Source: Alkalispirochaeta sp. (GTDB taxonomy: Bacteria; Spirochaetota; Spirochaetia; DSM-27196; Alkalispirochaetaceae). Taken from it: a stretch of DNA of 64,000 bases. Shown piece after piece: positions 1 to 9,761 of this stretch. A program made the position numbers and the translations under genes. The notes under the pieces were generated by a model. The model saw only the letters and a list, made by a program, of their open reading frames with translations. It was not told where the DNA came from and did no database searches. Every line of letters starts with the position of its first letter. Positions within the stretch are counted from its first letter, which is position 1. The stretch is from positions 1,376,001-1,440,000 of the forward strand of contig OZ271854.1 in the NCBI GenBank assembly GCA_965601925.1, read 5' to 3'.

Positions 1-269
1 GCGGTATGGCCGTATTTCACCGCGATCAGTCCGCCGTCGATGCGATCGCCGAGGACCGCTTCGAGCCCCTTCGCCATGGCCGCGCTCGCCTTACCGGCGC
101 CGAGAGCGACGATGCGCCGATACGCGGAGAGGTCGATGGATATCTCACCCCCTCCGACGGTCACAAGAAGACGATTCCCCTCGATCGCTACCGAATCGCG
201 CACCATCGATACAGGGTCGACACGCGCAATTGCCGAGCGGGCAATGGCGTCGAGTGCGGTTTTGTTCAT
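1..269 (-). CDS. Glycerate 2-kinase (class II, DUF4147/MOFRL family), N-terminal part; runs off the left edge
   Basis: Not in the ORF track. My translation from ATG 269 (GGAGG RBS at 277-281): MNKTALDAIARSAIARVDP...IDLSAYRRIVALGAGKASAAMAKGLEAVLGDRIDGGLIAVKYGH, which contains the GAGKA..MA motif of GK-II/TtuD. Confidence 0.85.
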   Translation of the reverse strand, partial: MNKTALDAIARSAIARVDPVSMVRDSVAIEGNRLLVTVGGGEISIDLSAYRRIVALGAGKASAAMAKGLEAVLGDRIDGGLIAVKYGHT

Positions 270-430
270 GCTATAGCCTCCGATAGTCTTCGAGTCACGC
301 TACGCCGCCTGCGGCCGGCAAGGAGCGCTGGTCGGAGCCGATCGCTGGTGAGAGCGTAAAGGACGACCCTGAACATCCGCAAGGATACCATAGAAGACGT
401 CATAATCGGGTCGATATCGTACATGCATCG

Positions 431-1180
431 TCACAAGCGCCCGGAATAGACTCTGACGGCGTACCTGAACGAGACGAGCCCGTCTCGGTTGTGGCGTCGA
501 AACGACTCCTCGATTCCGCGAACCAATTCGTCGTAGCCGGGATCACTCCGATTCGGCGTGTATGAAGAGGAAAAGAGACGGCCCTTGAGTCCCGTTAGGT
601 CGAATCGCTGCACATTATCGAATACGCGCATTCGGTAATCGCGGGCGAAAAGCGGCCCGAGATCGCCGTCGGTGGTATTCCGATGATTTACGGCACGGTA
701 GTCGGTTCCGTAGGTAGTGAGAAGACGTTCGTAGTCCGCGAGAAACGGAGTATCCCGTAGGCGGTCGTTCCACATCAGGACCGCGAGGCGCGGTCCCTTG
801 AGTATTCGCCGGAACTCGATCAACGCCGCTTCGCGGTCGAACCAATGAAACGCCTGCGCGACCACGACCGCATCGACCGACAAGTCGGGTAGCGTCGTCG
901 CCTCGGCGGTCGCTTTGACCGAGATGAATCGGGTGTTACCGCCCAGCCGTCTTTCGGCGGCCGCGCGCATCGCGTCATTAGGCTCGATCCCGTAAAGACG
1001 GCGCACTCGGCCGAGCAACATTTCGCTCAGAATGCCCGTACCCGATCCGATATCCGCGACGACCGCCGAGGCGTCTATCCCTAACTGAACGATGTATCGT
1101 ATCGTCTCGGGCGGATAGCTCGGTCGGTACTTTGCGTAGTTCTCTACCCTATCGGAAAATCGCCCCGTTCCGTCGCGCAT
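431..1180 (-). CDS. Class I SAM-dependent methyltransferase
   Basis: RFSDRVENYAKYRPSYP N-terminus, VADIGSGTG motif I, AQAFHWFD. Confidence 0.9.
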   Translation of the reverse strand: MRDGTGRFSDRVENYAKYRPSYPPETIRYIVQLGIDASAVVADIGSGTGILSEMLLGRVRRLYGIEPNDAMRAAAERRLGGNTRFISVKATAEATTLPDLSVDAVVVAQAFHWFDREAALIEFRRILKGPRLAVLMWNDRLRDTPFLADYERLLTTYGTDYRAVNHRNTTDGDLGPLFARDYRMRVFDNVQRFDLTGLKGRLFSSSYTPNRSDPGYDELVRGIEESFRRHNRDGLVSFRYAVRVYSGRL

Positions 1181-1192
1181 GCACCAAGCGTA

Positions 1193-3724
1193 TCACGGCT
1201 TTCGTATGCGGCTTAGTCGTTCCTTCACCTCACGGGCGTCGTGCGCGGTATCGACGATACTCTCGACCTCGTCGCGCACATGGGCGGCGTCGACGCGGCT
1301 GAGGGCGTCCTTGATTGCCGGTATGCTCGACGGCGAAGCGCTAATCTTGCCGATACCGAGACCGACGAGCAACGGAATGGCGGCGATATCCGCGCCGAAC
1401 TCGCCGCATACACTCACAGGCACCGAACGGCGCCGCCCGATATCGGCAATCGTACGCACGGCCCTGAGAACCGACGGTTCGAAGGTGTCGAGAAAGTCTT
1501 CGAGTCGCGCCGATCCGCGTTCGGCGGCGAGTACGTACTGCGTCAAGTCGTTGGTACCGATACTGAAAAAGCGCGCCAACTGGGCCAACTCGTCTGCCAG
1601 GAGCACCGAGGCGGGCGTCTCTATCATGACACCGAAATCGACGGGCCATTTGTGGGAACGACCGCTCGCCAGAAGCGCCTCGTGGATGCGTTCAGCGGCT
1701 ACGACGGCCGAGCGAAACTCTCCGACCTTGGTAACCATAGGAAACATGATGCGCACGTCGTGGCCCGCGGCGCTTATAAGAATCGCTTCGAGATGCTGCT
1801 CGAACAGGCGTGGGTTATGCTCGTACAATCGAATACCGCGTACACCGAGAAACGGATTCTCTTCGTCTTCCAACTCCATATAAGGAATACGCTTATCGCC
1901 GCCGATATCGAACGTTCTGACCGTAATGGGACGACCCGCCAAGCCATCGAACACGGCGGAGAAATAGTCGCACTGCTCCTCGACGCTCGGCGGCGCCTCA
2001 CGATTTAGATAGAGAAACTCGGTTCGGAGAAGGCCGATACCTTGTGCGCCGCTCGCGCGCACGACCTCCATTTCGGAGGCGCTGGAGACGTTCGCCTCTA
2101 CGGGGATGGGGACTCCGTCGCTCGTACTCCCGTCGCGAGCCGCAGCAATACGGAGACGCTCGCGCTCCTCCAACCACGTGCGACGACGGCTGCGTATGCT
2201 ATCGGCCGCCTCGTCGTCGGGATTAACGGTTACGACACCTTCAAACCCGTCGACGGCGACGATCGCACCCTCATCGATGGCGTCTATGGCCGGATATCCG
2301 CCGACGGCGGCAATACCCAATGAACGGGCGAGGATAGCCGTATGAGAGGTCGTACCGCCTCCTTTGGTAACGATACCGACCACTCGATTCAAGTCGAGAG
2401 AGACCGTCTGGGACGGGGTCAACTCCTCGGCGACGATGATAGTATCGCTTTCGAGTGCATCGATCCGCTTGTGTGCGCCCCGCTCGACGCCCAGCTTCTG
2501 GAGTACCTGTCGTCCGATATCGCGCACGTCGGCGGCGCGCACCTGTAGATACGCATCATCCAAACGGACGTAAGTATCGACGACCGCCCGAACGCGCGTA
2601 CTGAAGGCGTGAGAGGCGGTGACGCCCTGGGCGCGAATCAAATCGATCGTCGCGCCGATGAGATCGGGGTCATCCAGGAGTACGTCGTGGGCTTCAAATA
2701 TCTCGCGCTCGGCATTGCCGGCCGCCGACAGCGCGGCCAGGCGTTCGGCGATGTCGGAACGTACATACTGTACCGCCTCGCGGAACGTGGCAATTTCACC
2801 GTCGATATCGTCGGTAGACGCATACTCCACGTCGAGGGAGATAGCGTCGATGCGGACGACTTCTCCGATACCGAACCCCGGCGAGAGCGCGACGGTGCCG
2901 TCCGGATGTTTTCGAGAGGTGTTGGCTCGCTCTTGAGCAACGTCGGTCAACGACTCGCCGAAGTTGTCGGCGACCAGCGCGGCTACCGCGTCGAGCACGT
3001 TCCGAGCGTCCGCGCCCGTGGCCGAAACCAATACCTCGTCGTCCCTGGTTATCTCGAGGCTCGACAGACGATTGAGGCTGCGCGCCGCTACCGGCCCGCG
3101 CGCATTCGAGAGATTCGACACCGTAACGTCGGCGTCAAAACCGGAGACCGTCTTGACGAGTCTCGCGGCGGGACGTGCATGGAGACCGTGGGTGTTGCGA
3201 ATGACGAACACCTTCCGCACTTGGTCCTCGGAGGTCGACGACTCGACGGACACCGCCGTCGGTGCGGAATCACGGTCGCCGGCGGCACCCTCGTCGGCCG
3301 GAGTCGACTCCGGAGACTCGCCCAGTTGCAGTTGCTTGGGTCCCAGGGCGGTACGCGCCTCTTCGACCACGGCGTCGAGATCGGCGCCCGCGCCCGACTG
3401 CGTGGCGGCCACGATCGCTCCCTCGACGAGCGGCGCGGCAATGAGCCTGACGTCCGCGCCCTCGGCGGAGGAGAGCTCAAGCGCCATCTCCGCGCTCAAC
3501 AACGCGCTTCCCATGTCCATGAGAACGACGACGCCGTCGTCGGAGATTACCGATTCGATCGCCGCCAGGATATCGGTCGCGTCGGTACCGAACCCCTCGT
3601 CACCGCCGCTGACGCCGCCGGCGTAGGCAATCGGGATCGACGTTTCGCCCGACACGGTTGAGGCCAACTCCGCGACACTCCGCGCGAGGGGACGAGAATG
3701 GGAAACAATGACAATACCGACCAT
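1193..3724 (-). CDS. dhaM: DhaM-type EIIA / HPr / full-length PTS Enzyme I fusion (dihydroxyacetone kinase phosphotransferase)
   Basis: MVGIVIVSHS and DMGSA (DhaM EIIA); GLHARPAA (HPr); TSHTAILARSLG (EI phospho-His); EI C-terminal motifs LRTEFLY, RTFDIGGDK, ENPFLGVRGIR, MIETP, SIGTNDLTQY, VCGE. Directly follows dhaL. Confidence 0.92.
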   Translation of the reverse strand: MVGIVIVSHSRPLARSVAELASTVSGETSIPIAYAGGVSGGDEGFGTDATDILAAIESVISDDGVVVLMDMGSALLSAEMALELSSAEGADVRLIAAPLVEGAIVAATQSGAGADLDAVVEEARTALGPKQLQLGESPESTPADEGAAGDRDSAPTAVSVESSTSEDQVRKVFVIRNTHGLHARPAARLVKTVSGFDADVTVSNLSNARGPVAARSLNRLSSLEITRDDEVLVSATGADARNVLDAVAALVADNFGESLTDVAQERANTSRKHPDGTVALSPGFGIGEVVRIDAISLDVEYASTDDIDGEIATFREAVQYVRSDIAERLAALSAAGNAEREIFEAHDVLLDDPDLIGATIDLIRAQGVTASHAFSTRVRAVVDTYVRLDDAYLQVRAADVRDIGRQVLQKLGVERGAHKRIDALESDTIIVAEELTPSQTVSLDLNRVVGIVTKGGGTTSHTAILARSLGIAAVGGYPAIDAIDEGAIVAVDGFEGVVTVNPDDEAADSIRSRRRTWLEERERLRIAAARDGSTSDGVPIPVEANVSSASEMEVVRASGAQGIGLLRTEFLYLNREAPPSVEEQCDYFSAVFDGLAGRPITVRTFDIGGDKRIPYMELEDEENPFLGVRGIRLYEHNPRLFEQHLEAILISAAGHDVRIMFPMVTKVGEFRSAVVAAERIHEALLASGRSHKWPVDFGVMIETPASVLLADELAQLARFFSIGTNDLTQYVLAAERGSARLEDFLDTFEPSVLRAVRTIADIGRRRSVPVSVCGEFGADIAAIPLLVGLGIGKISASPSSIPAIKDALSRVDAAHVRDEVESIVDTAHDAREVKERLSRIRKP

Positions 3725-3727
3725 TGT

Positions 3728-4360
3728 TTACGCCGGCAACGTCTTGCGCGCCGCCTCCAACATGAGAAGACTCGAGGTCGCCCCGGGGTCCTGGTGTCCC
3801 CGACTCCGTTCGCCCAAGAAGCTCGCTCGACCTTTGACGGCGACCATGTCGATGGTGGTCTGTACTCCGGTCTTCGCCGCCGCTATCCCGGCATCGAGGA
3901 CGGCGACGAGGTCGCCCCCATCGTCAAGCGAAGAGCGCATCGCATCCAACGCAGGGACCCATACGTCTACCATCGTTTTGTGACCGACTTCGGCTTTACC
4001 TCTGGCCATCACTCCCGCAACACCGTCGCCGACCATGGCGACGAAGGCGGCGGCATCGAGCTCGTCAAGATTCTGCGTGCCGGTCGATGCCTTGAGAAAC
4101 CACGTGCCGTATAGGGGGCCCGAGGCGCCGCCGACGGTCTTAATCAACGTCATCGCAACGCTCTTGAGCGCTTCCGAAATCGTTGAGGGAGGGGCCGACT
4201 CAATGGCGGCCTTGACCGCGGTAAACCCGCGATCAAGGTTGATGCCGTGATCGGCATCTCCGATCGCCGAATCGAGCTCCGTGAGGTACTCCTTTTTGTC
4301 GGCGTAAACCGCTTGGAGCTCGTCGAACCAGGCGATGAGCGATTGGAGCGTTGCTACCAT
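3728..4360 (-). CDS. dhaL: Dihydroxyacetone kinase ADP-binding subunit
   Basis: LDSAIGDADHG, GGASGPLYG, KTMVD, KGRASFLGERSRGHQDPGATS. Confidence 0.95.
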   Translation of the reverse strand: MVATLQSLIAWFDELQAVYADKKEYLTELDSAIGDADHGINLDRGFTAVKAAIESAPPSTISEALKSVAMTLIKTVGGASGPLYGTWFLKASTGTQNLDELDAAAFVAMVGDGVAGVMARGKAEVGHKTMVDVWVPALDAMRSSLDDGGDLVAVLDAGIAAAKTGVQTTIDMVAVKGRASFLGERSRGHQDPGATSSLLMLEAARKTLPA

Positions 4361-5362
4361 CTACACACCCCAGCGCAACGCAGCGGTATGAACCGGGTCG
4401 TCGTAGAGCGCGGTCAGTTCATCGTCGAGCTTGACCATGGTGATCGAGAATCCCTGCATCTCAAGAGATGTGATGTAATTACCGACGAGATTCCGCGCAA
4501 TGGTAACACCTTTACCGGTGAGAAACTTCACGACGTCGTTATAGATGAGGTAGAGCTCCATGAGGGGAGTTCCGCCCATTCCGTTTACCATAACGAAGAC
4601 GTTGTCGCCGGACTTGAACGGTAGATCCTCCACGATCGCGCCGGCCATGATGTCCACCAGTTCCTTGGAACTCTTGTGCCCGGCGCGTTCTCGTCCCGGC
4701 TCGCCGTGGATACCGATCCCGATCTCGATCTCGTCGTCGCCGAGTTCGAAGGTGGGTTTACCGGCGGCGGGAACGGTGCAACTGGTGAGCGCCATACCCA
4801 TCGATCGCCCGTTGGCGTTGACGCGTTCTACGAGTGATTTCACCTTCGCGAGATCGTATCCGCGCTCCGCGGCGGCGCCCGCTATTTTTTCGGCAAAGAC
4901 GGTCGCACCGACGCCTCTGCGTCCCTGCGTGTACAGACTATCTTTGACCGCCACATCGTCGTCGATGACGACCGCTTCAACCTCGATACCTTCGGCTTGC
5001 AGGAGGTCGGCCGCCATTTCAAAGTTCATGACGTCGCCGGAGTAGTTCTTGACGATGTGTAGGACGCCCGCTCCGCCGCTAACGGCTTTACCGGCGGCTT
5101 CCATTTGGTCGGGCGTGGGAGACGTAAAAACTTCGCCGGGGCACGCGGCGTGCAACATTCCGTGACCGACAAATCCGCCGTGCAACGGTTCGTGACCGCT
5201 TCCGCCGCCCGATACGACGGCTACCTTGCCCGATACGGGACCACCGGCGCGTGTTATGAGCTTCGGCTCGTAATGCGCCTTTACCAGATTCGGATGAGCC
5301 GCCTCAAGACCGGCCATCGACTCCGTTACCACCTCAGCTACATCGTTTATTAGCTTTTTCAC
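4361..5362 (-). CDS. dhaK: Dihydroxyacetone kinase substrate-binding subunit
   Basis: [44 protein letters not shown] start after an AGGAG RBS. Confidence 0.95.
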   Translation of the reverse strand: MKKLINDVAEVVTESMAGLEAAHPNLVKAHYEPKLITRAGGPVSGKVAVVSGGGSGHEPLHGGFVGHGMLHAACPGEVFTSPTPDQMEAAGKAVSGGAGVLHIVKNYSGDVMNFEMAADLLQAEGIEVEAVVIDDDVAVKDSLYTQGRRGVGATVFAEKIAGAAAERGYDLAKVKSLVERVNANGRSMGMALTSCTVPAAGKPTFELGDDEIEIGIGIHGEPGRERAGHKSSKELVDIMAGAIVEDLPFKSGDNVFVMVNGMGGTPLMELYLIYNDVVKFLTGKGVTIARNLVGNYITSLEMQGFSITMVKLDDELTALYDDPVHTAALRWGV

Positions 5363-5569
5363 GTTCCAGAATCTCCTTTCGACGGTAGATGTTTACCACC
5401 CGATACTTCACGATATGCCGGTTTTGAGAATCCGTCAAATATATTCTGAGAAAAATTTCACCCGTTACATCGCCCGAAAAAGAGGCGTGACGCGCCGTCG
5501 CACGGAGGTGAAAATATGGAGTTTCTCGTCGCAGTTGCAAAAGAGCGCCTTCGTGCGTAGCCTAATGTG

Positions 5570-6553
5570 ATGGCTTCTCGCGACGATCAATACAGCGCAG
5601 CGCTCAAAGTCGCTCAACTGTACTACTACCACGCGATGAACACGGAAGAAATTGCACGTACGCTGGGATTCTCGCGCGCCAAGGTATCGCGCCTGCTGAA
5701 CTATGCGCGCGACGACGGAATCGTTCGCATAAAGGTCGTCGATCATCGCCGCACGCAGGATCCACTCTCGGAGGCGATCAACGACCGCTTTCGCGGCCTC
5801 CACGCGCTTCACGTCGTTTCGGTACCTGCGGAAAGCAGTCCGCCGGAGCGAATCGCGTACGTTGCACAGTACGCTGCGGCGCATCTCGGCAACGAAGTGC
5901 TCTCCGACGATCAGATCGTGGCCGTAGCGGCCGGTGAGTCTACCGCGCTCACCGCGCGATTTCTCTCCCACCGATCGCTTAAAGGGGTGCGTATCGTCCA
6001 AATGCACGGATCGAGTCCGATCGGGATCGCCGGCGTCGGATACGTCCACCGCGTCCTGATGCCCTTTGCCGCCGCACTGGATGCAGAGCTCATTCTCTTT
6101 CCGGTTCCGATCGCATTCGACAGCGCCGAAGCGCGAGAGGTCCTCTTTCGAGACCCCACGGTGCGCTCAATTCGAGACTATCAATCTCGCGCCGACGTTT
6201 TCATATTCGGTCTGGACGATCTCGTCTTGGAAGGACGGCGGCGACGGCGCGGGAGTATCGAGCCGGACGTCGTCGGCGAGTTGGCGACCGTGGCGTTTCG
6301 CAGCGACGGAAGCTACGAGGACGTGGCGATCAATCGTCTGACGACCGGTCCGGCGCTGGACACGTATCGCCGCGTGGCACGGGCGGTGTGTATCGCATCG
6401 AGCTCATCGTCGGTCCCTGCACTTCACGCCGCGCTGGACGCGGGGTACATCAGCGATCTCATCGTAGACGACGTGACGGCGACCGAGTTGCGGGATTTTG
6501 ATACGTCGTCGGTTGAAGCACCTCGCGGGGAGAACCGACACACATCGACGTAG
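5570..6553 (+). CDS. SorC/DeoR(CggR)-family sugar-binding transcriptional regulator
   Basis: N-terminal HTH (VAQLYY...EIARTLGFSRAKVSRLL..ARDDGIVRI) and C-terminal sugar-binding domain ending LIVDD..A. Divergent from dhaK. Confidence 0.88.
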   Translation: MASRDDQYSAALKVAQLYYYHAMNTEEIARTLGFSRAKVSRLLNYARDDGIVRIKVVDHRRTQDPLSEAINDRFRGLHALHVVSVPAESSPPERIAYVAQYAAAHLGNEVLSDDQIVAVAAGESTALTARFLSHRSLKGVRIVQMHGSSPIGIAGVGYVHRVLMPFAAALDAELILFPVPIAFDSAEAREVLFRDPTVRSIRDYQSRADVFIFGLDDLVLEGRRRRRGSIEPDVVGELATVAFRSDGSYEDVAINRLTTGPALDTYRRVARAVCIASSSSSVPALHAALDAGYISDLIVDDVTATELRDFDTSSVEAPRGENRHTST

Positions 6554-6621
6554 GACCTCCGCCGGCCGACGTCACCCACACTATGCAACGGCGAAATTCG
6601 GTATTACCGGGAGGCGAGAGA

Positions 6622-7890
6622 ATGACGCGAACGGAGTTTTATGCCCGCTACGCCGACATCGTAGCGCATATCGGGCTCAACATTCAGCGCGAACAGGAGG
6701 TATTCGTTAATGCTCCGATCGAAGCGACGGAGTTTCTGCCTTACTTCGCGCGCGCGGCGTACCGACGCGGTGCGAAGTACGTGCACGTAGAGTACCGCCA
6801 GCAAGCAGTGACGAGAACCCGCCTCGAGGAGGCGTATGCCGAGTCGCTCTCCTACGTCCCTCCCGGGCGCTTTGCCGAGCGTTTGCGCGTCGCCCGATCG
6901 GGCGGCGCGTACTTGGGAATTTCGGGCGAGGATCCGATGGGGTTGGGCGGCGTCGAGGCAAGCCGTCGAAAACCGTGGGCCAAGGCAATCGCCGAGGCGC
7001 GCGAAGAGATTCGTACACTCACTATGGAGAATCGTTTTCCGTGGTGCGTCGTAAGCATGCCGAACCCGGCATGGGCCGGGGTCGTCTTTCCCGATTTAGA
7101 CCGGGAGTCGGCACTCGATGCACTATTCGACGCGGTGTCTCACGTGTGTCGCCTCGATACCGATGATCCGCTCTCCGCGTGGCGCGCACACTCGCGCGAG
7201 CTCTCGAGTATCGCCGCGTGGTTGACCGATCAGGCGTTCGATCGCTTTCATTACCGCGCGCCCGGGACGGACCTCACGATCGGCATGCCGCCCCGCCAGC
7301 AGTGGATCGGTACCGGCAGCCGATCGGACGGCGGCGTTGAGTTTATCGCCAACCTTCCCACCGACGAAGTGTTCTCGGCTCCGGACTGGCGGCGCGTGGA
7401 CGGGCGCGTGCGTTCGACGCGGCCGATCGTCGTCTCGGGAAACAATCTCGGAATCGCCGAGTTCGTCGTGCGCGACGGACGTATCGTCGAGGCTCATTGC
7501 GGGGGTGATGAGGCCGTTCTTCTACAGGAGCTCGACCTGGACGATCGAGCCCGCTACTTCGGCGAGATCGCGCTGGTCTCTCAGGACGCGCCGATCGCCC
7601 GGCTCGGAACGACATTTTTCGACATGCTGTACGACGAGAATGCGGGATGCCATCTCGCGTTCGGGGCCGCGTATCCGGGATGCGTCGCCGGCGGTGAGGC
7701 GATGGACGCCGCGGCCAAGAAAGAGGCGGGTCTCAACGTCAGTGGACAACACCTCGATTTTACCGTCGGCTCCGACAAGCTCACGATTACCGCGACGCGC
7801 CTCGACGGTCGTACGTTTCCGCTCATGCGCGAGGGACGGTGGAGCGACGAGCTCGTCGATGCCGCGTCTCTCGCCGGCCGGAACGGATAG
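6622..7890 (+). CDS. Aminopeptidase, peptidase M29 (aminopeptidase T/II) family
   Basis: GLNIQREQ, ANLPTDEVFSAP, YFGEIALV, LYDENAGCHLAFGAAY, GLNVSGQHLDFTVG. Confidence 0.9.
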   Translation: MTRTEFYARYADIVAHIGLNIQREQEVFVNAPIEATEFLPYFARAAYRRGAKYVHVEYRQQAVTRTRLEEAYAESLSYVPPGRFAERLRVARSGGAYLGISGEDPMGLGGVEASRRKPWAKAIAEAREEIRTLTMENRFPWCVVSMPNPAWAGVVFPDLDRESALDALFDAVSHVCRLDTDDPLSAWRAHSRELSSIAAWLTDQAFDRFHYRAPGTDLTIGMPPRQQWIGTGSRSDGGVEFIANLPTDEVFSAPDWRRVDGRVRSTRPIVVSGNNLGIAEFVVRDGRIVEAHCGGDEAVLLQELDLDDRARYFGEIALVSQDAPIARLGTTFFDMLYDENAGCHLAFGAAYPGCVAGGEAMDAAAKKEAGLNVSGQHLDFTVGSDKLTITATRLDGRTFPLMREGRWSDELVDAASLAGRNG

Positions 7891-8052
7891 CGCCCGCCAC
7901 GGGCGACGAGTACGAAGAGCGCGGCCTCTTCCGCGAACGTGGTACGACCGGCGGATTCACAGCCGAAGATCTCGTAACGATGCCGTCGTCGTCGTACACC
8001 ATGATCTCGTAGCGGGCGACTCTCGGATCGGCGTTACATCCTCGATGCGACG

Positions 8053-9720
8053 TTACCGGTCGATCGCTTCGTCGCGTCGCCGTTGATCGAGAAACGCATG
8101 TACCGCCGAGATGACGACGGATCCCTCGCCCACCGCGGAGGCGACGCGCTTGACCGAGCCGGATCGAACGTCACCGACGGCAAAAACGCCGGGACACGAG
8201 GTGGCGTAGCCGTCGAGATCCGCTCCGGCGTCGCGGCCGGTCAGGACAAATCCCTTGTCGTCAAGGGCGACCCGGCCGCCGAGCCACTCGGTTTTGGGCG
8301 CCGCGCCGATCATGATAAAGAGTGCTCGCGTACCGATCGTCGTCTCCTCACCGGTGTCGCGGTTGCGAATCGTCGCCGATGTGAGAGCGTCGTCGCCCCC
8401 AAGGTAGGAGATCTCCGAGTGGGTCCACAGCCGTATTCTGTCGTCGCTCTCGATTCGGTCGGAGAGGTACGACGACATGGTGGCGGCGAGCCCGTCGCCC
8501 CGAACGACGACGTGCGTGCACGTTGCGTAACGCGAGAGAAACATCGCCGCCTGTCCCGCGGAGTTTCCGCCGCCGATAATGACTACCTCGGTGTCGCGGC
8601 AAAAACGCGCCTCTAAGTCGGTCGCCGCGTAATAGACGCCGCGCCCCTCGAACTCTTCCAACCGGTCGAGAGGCAATCGGCGATATTGCACTCCGTTGGC
8701 AAGTACGACCGAGCGTCCGCTCACGCACCGGCCGTCGTCCAGCTCGAGGGTATAACAGTCCGGCCCCGACAGGAGTTTGACGGCGCGACGCGGCACGGTA
8801 AGACGGGCGCCGAACTTCACCGCCTGGACCTCGCCCAGATAGGCGAGCTCGGAGCCGGCGATGCCCATCGGAAATCCGAGATAGTTTTCAATCCGCGACG
8901 AGGTGCCCGCCTGACCGCCGATCGCGGTATCCTCGATCGCAAGCACGCTCAAGCCCTCGGACGCAGCGTATACCGATGCCGCGAGTCCCGCCGGGCCGGC
9001 GCCGACCACCACCACGTCGAACGGCTCGGTCACGTCGGCGCCGAGATCGAGTCCTAACGCGACGGCGAGCTCCCGCGGCGACGGCGAAACGAGCACGCGG
9101 GAACGCCCGATGACCGCCGCGGCGCCGGACTCGGGGAGCTCACAATACTCGGTCAGCTCGGCGAGCGCCTCCGTATCTCGACGATCGATCCACCGATGAG
9201 GTATCCGACTTCGCCCCGCAAACTCGCGCAGGCGCAACGCCGACGCATCGTCTTCGGTACCGACGATCACCAGTCCACCCTCGCCCCACTGCATAAGCAG
9301 CCGACGACGCGCAGCAAAGGCGGTGACCACGATGTCGGCTACTTCGGGAACGGTTGCGATAAGATCCAACAGCTTCCGCAGCGCAACGACGATTACCCGC
9401 GATTCCGCGCCCGCGACGCCGGCGAAAAACGTCTTCTGTCCCATCAACATGCCGAGCTCGCCGACGAAATGGCCGGCCTCGATGTGAACGATCACGCGAT
9501 TCTCCGCCCGGTCGACGATGTCGACGGAGCCTTCCACGACATAGATAAAGTCGTAAGACGGCTCAGCTACCTCGAATAGTACGTCGCCGGCCCGCACGGT
9601 GCGCTCTTCGCCGGCGCGACGAAACGTATCGATCGTATCCTCGTCCAATCGGGGCCACGCCGTCTCTTCCAACGCGGTTTTTGGTGTGGATGTTCTGGGA
9701 ATGCGGTTCGTGAGTGCCAT
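8053..9720 (-). CDS. Cyclic-nucleotide-binding domain + thioredoxin-reductase-like FAD oxidoreductase
   Basis: cNMP domain (GDVLF...FVGELGML), GAGPAGLAA, GGQAGTSSRIENYLGFP, GGGNSAGQAA, GDVRSGSVKRVASAVGEG. Start moved to MALTNR. Confidence 0.88.
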   Translation of the reverse strand: MALTNRIPRTSTPKTALEETAWPRLDEDTIDTFRRAGEERTVRAGDVLFEVAEPSYDFIYVVEGSVDIVDRAENRVIVHIEAGHFVGELGMLMGQKTFFAGVAGAESRVIVVALRKLLDLIATVPEVADIVVTAFAARRRLLMQWGEGGLVIVGTEDDASALRLREFAGRSRIPHRWIDRRDTEALAELTEYCELPESGAAAVIGRSRVLVSPSPRELAVALGLDLGADVTEPFDVVVVGAGPAGLAASVYAASEGLSVLAIEDTAIGGQAGTSSRIENYLGFPMGIAGSELAYLGEVQAVKFGARLTVPRRAVKLLSGPDCYTLELDDGRCVSGRSVVLANGVQYRRLPLDRLEEFEGRGVYYAATDLEARFCRDTEVVIIGGGNSAGQAAMFLSRYATCTHVVVRGDGLAATMSSYLSDRIESDDRIRLWTHSEISYLGGDDALTSATIRNRDTGEETTIGTRALFIMIGAAPKTEWLGGRVALDDKGFVLTGRDAGADLDGYATSCPGVFAVGDVRSGSVKRVASAVGEGSVVISAVHAFLDQRRRDEAIDR

Positions 9721-9761
9721 GTCCGGAGAATATACGCACACCGCACTACACTCGTCCCCGA

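Noticed and set aside
6..359. Plus-strand ORFs of 117 aa and 78 aa
   Set aside because: They are shadows of the minus-strand glycerate kinase starting at 269.
7891..8052. Possible gene remnant with a repeated GATCTCGTA 9-mer between convergent genes
   Set aside because: Too short, and no family is recognisable.
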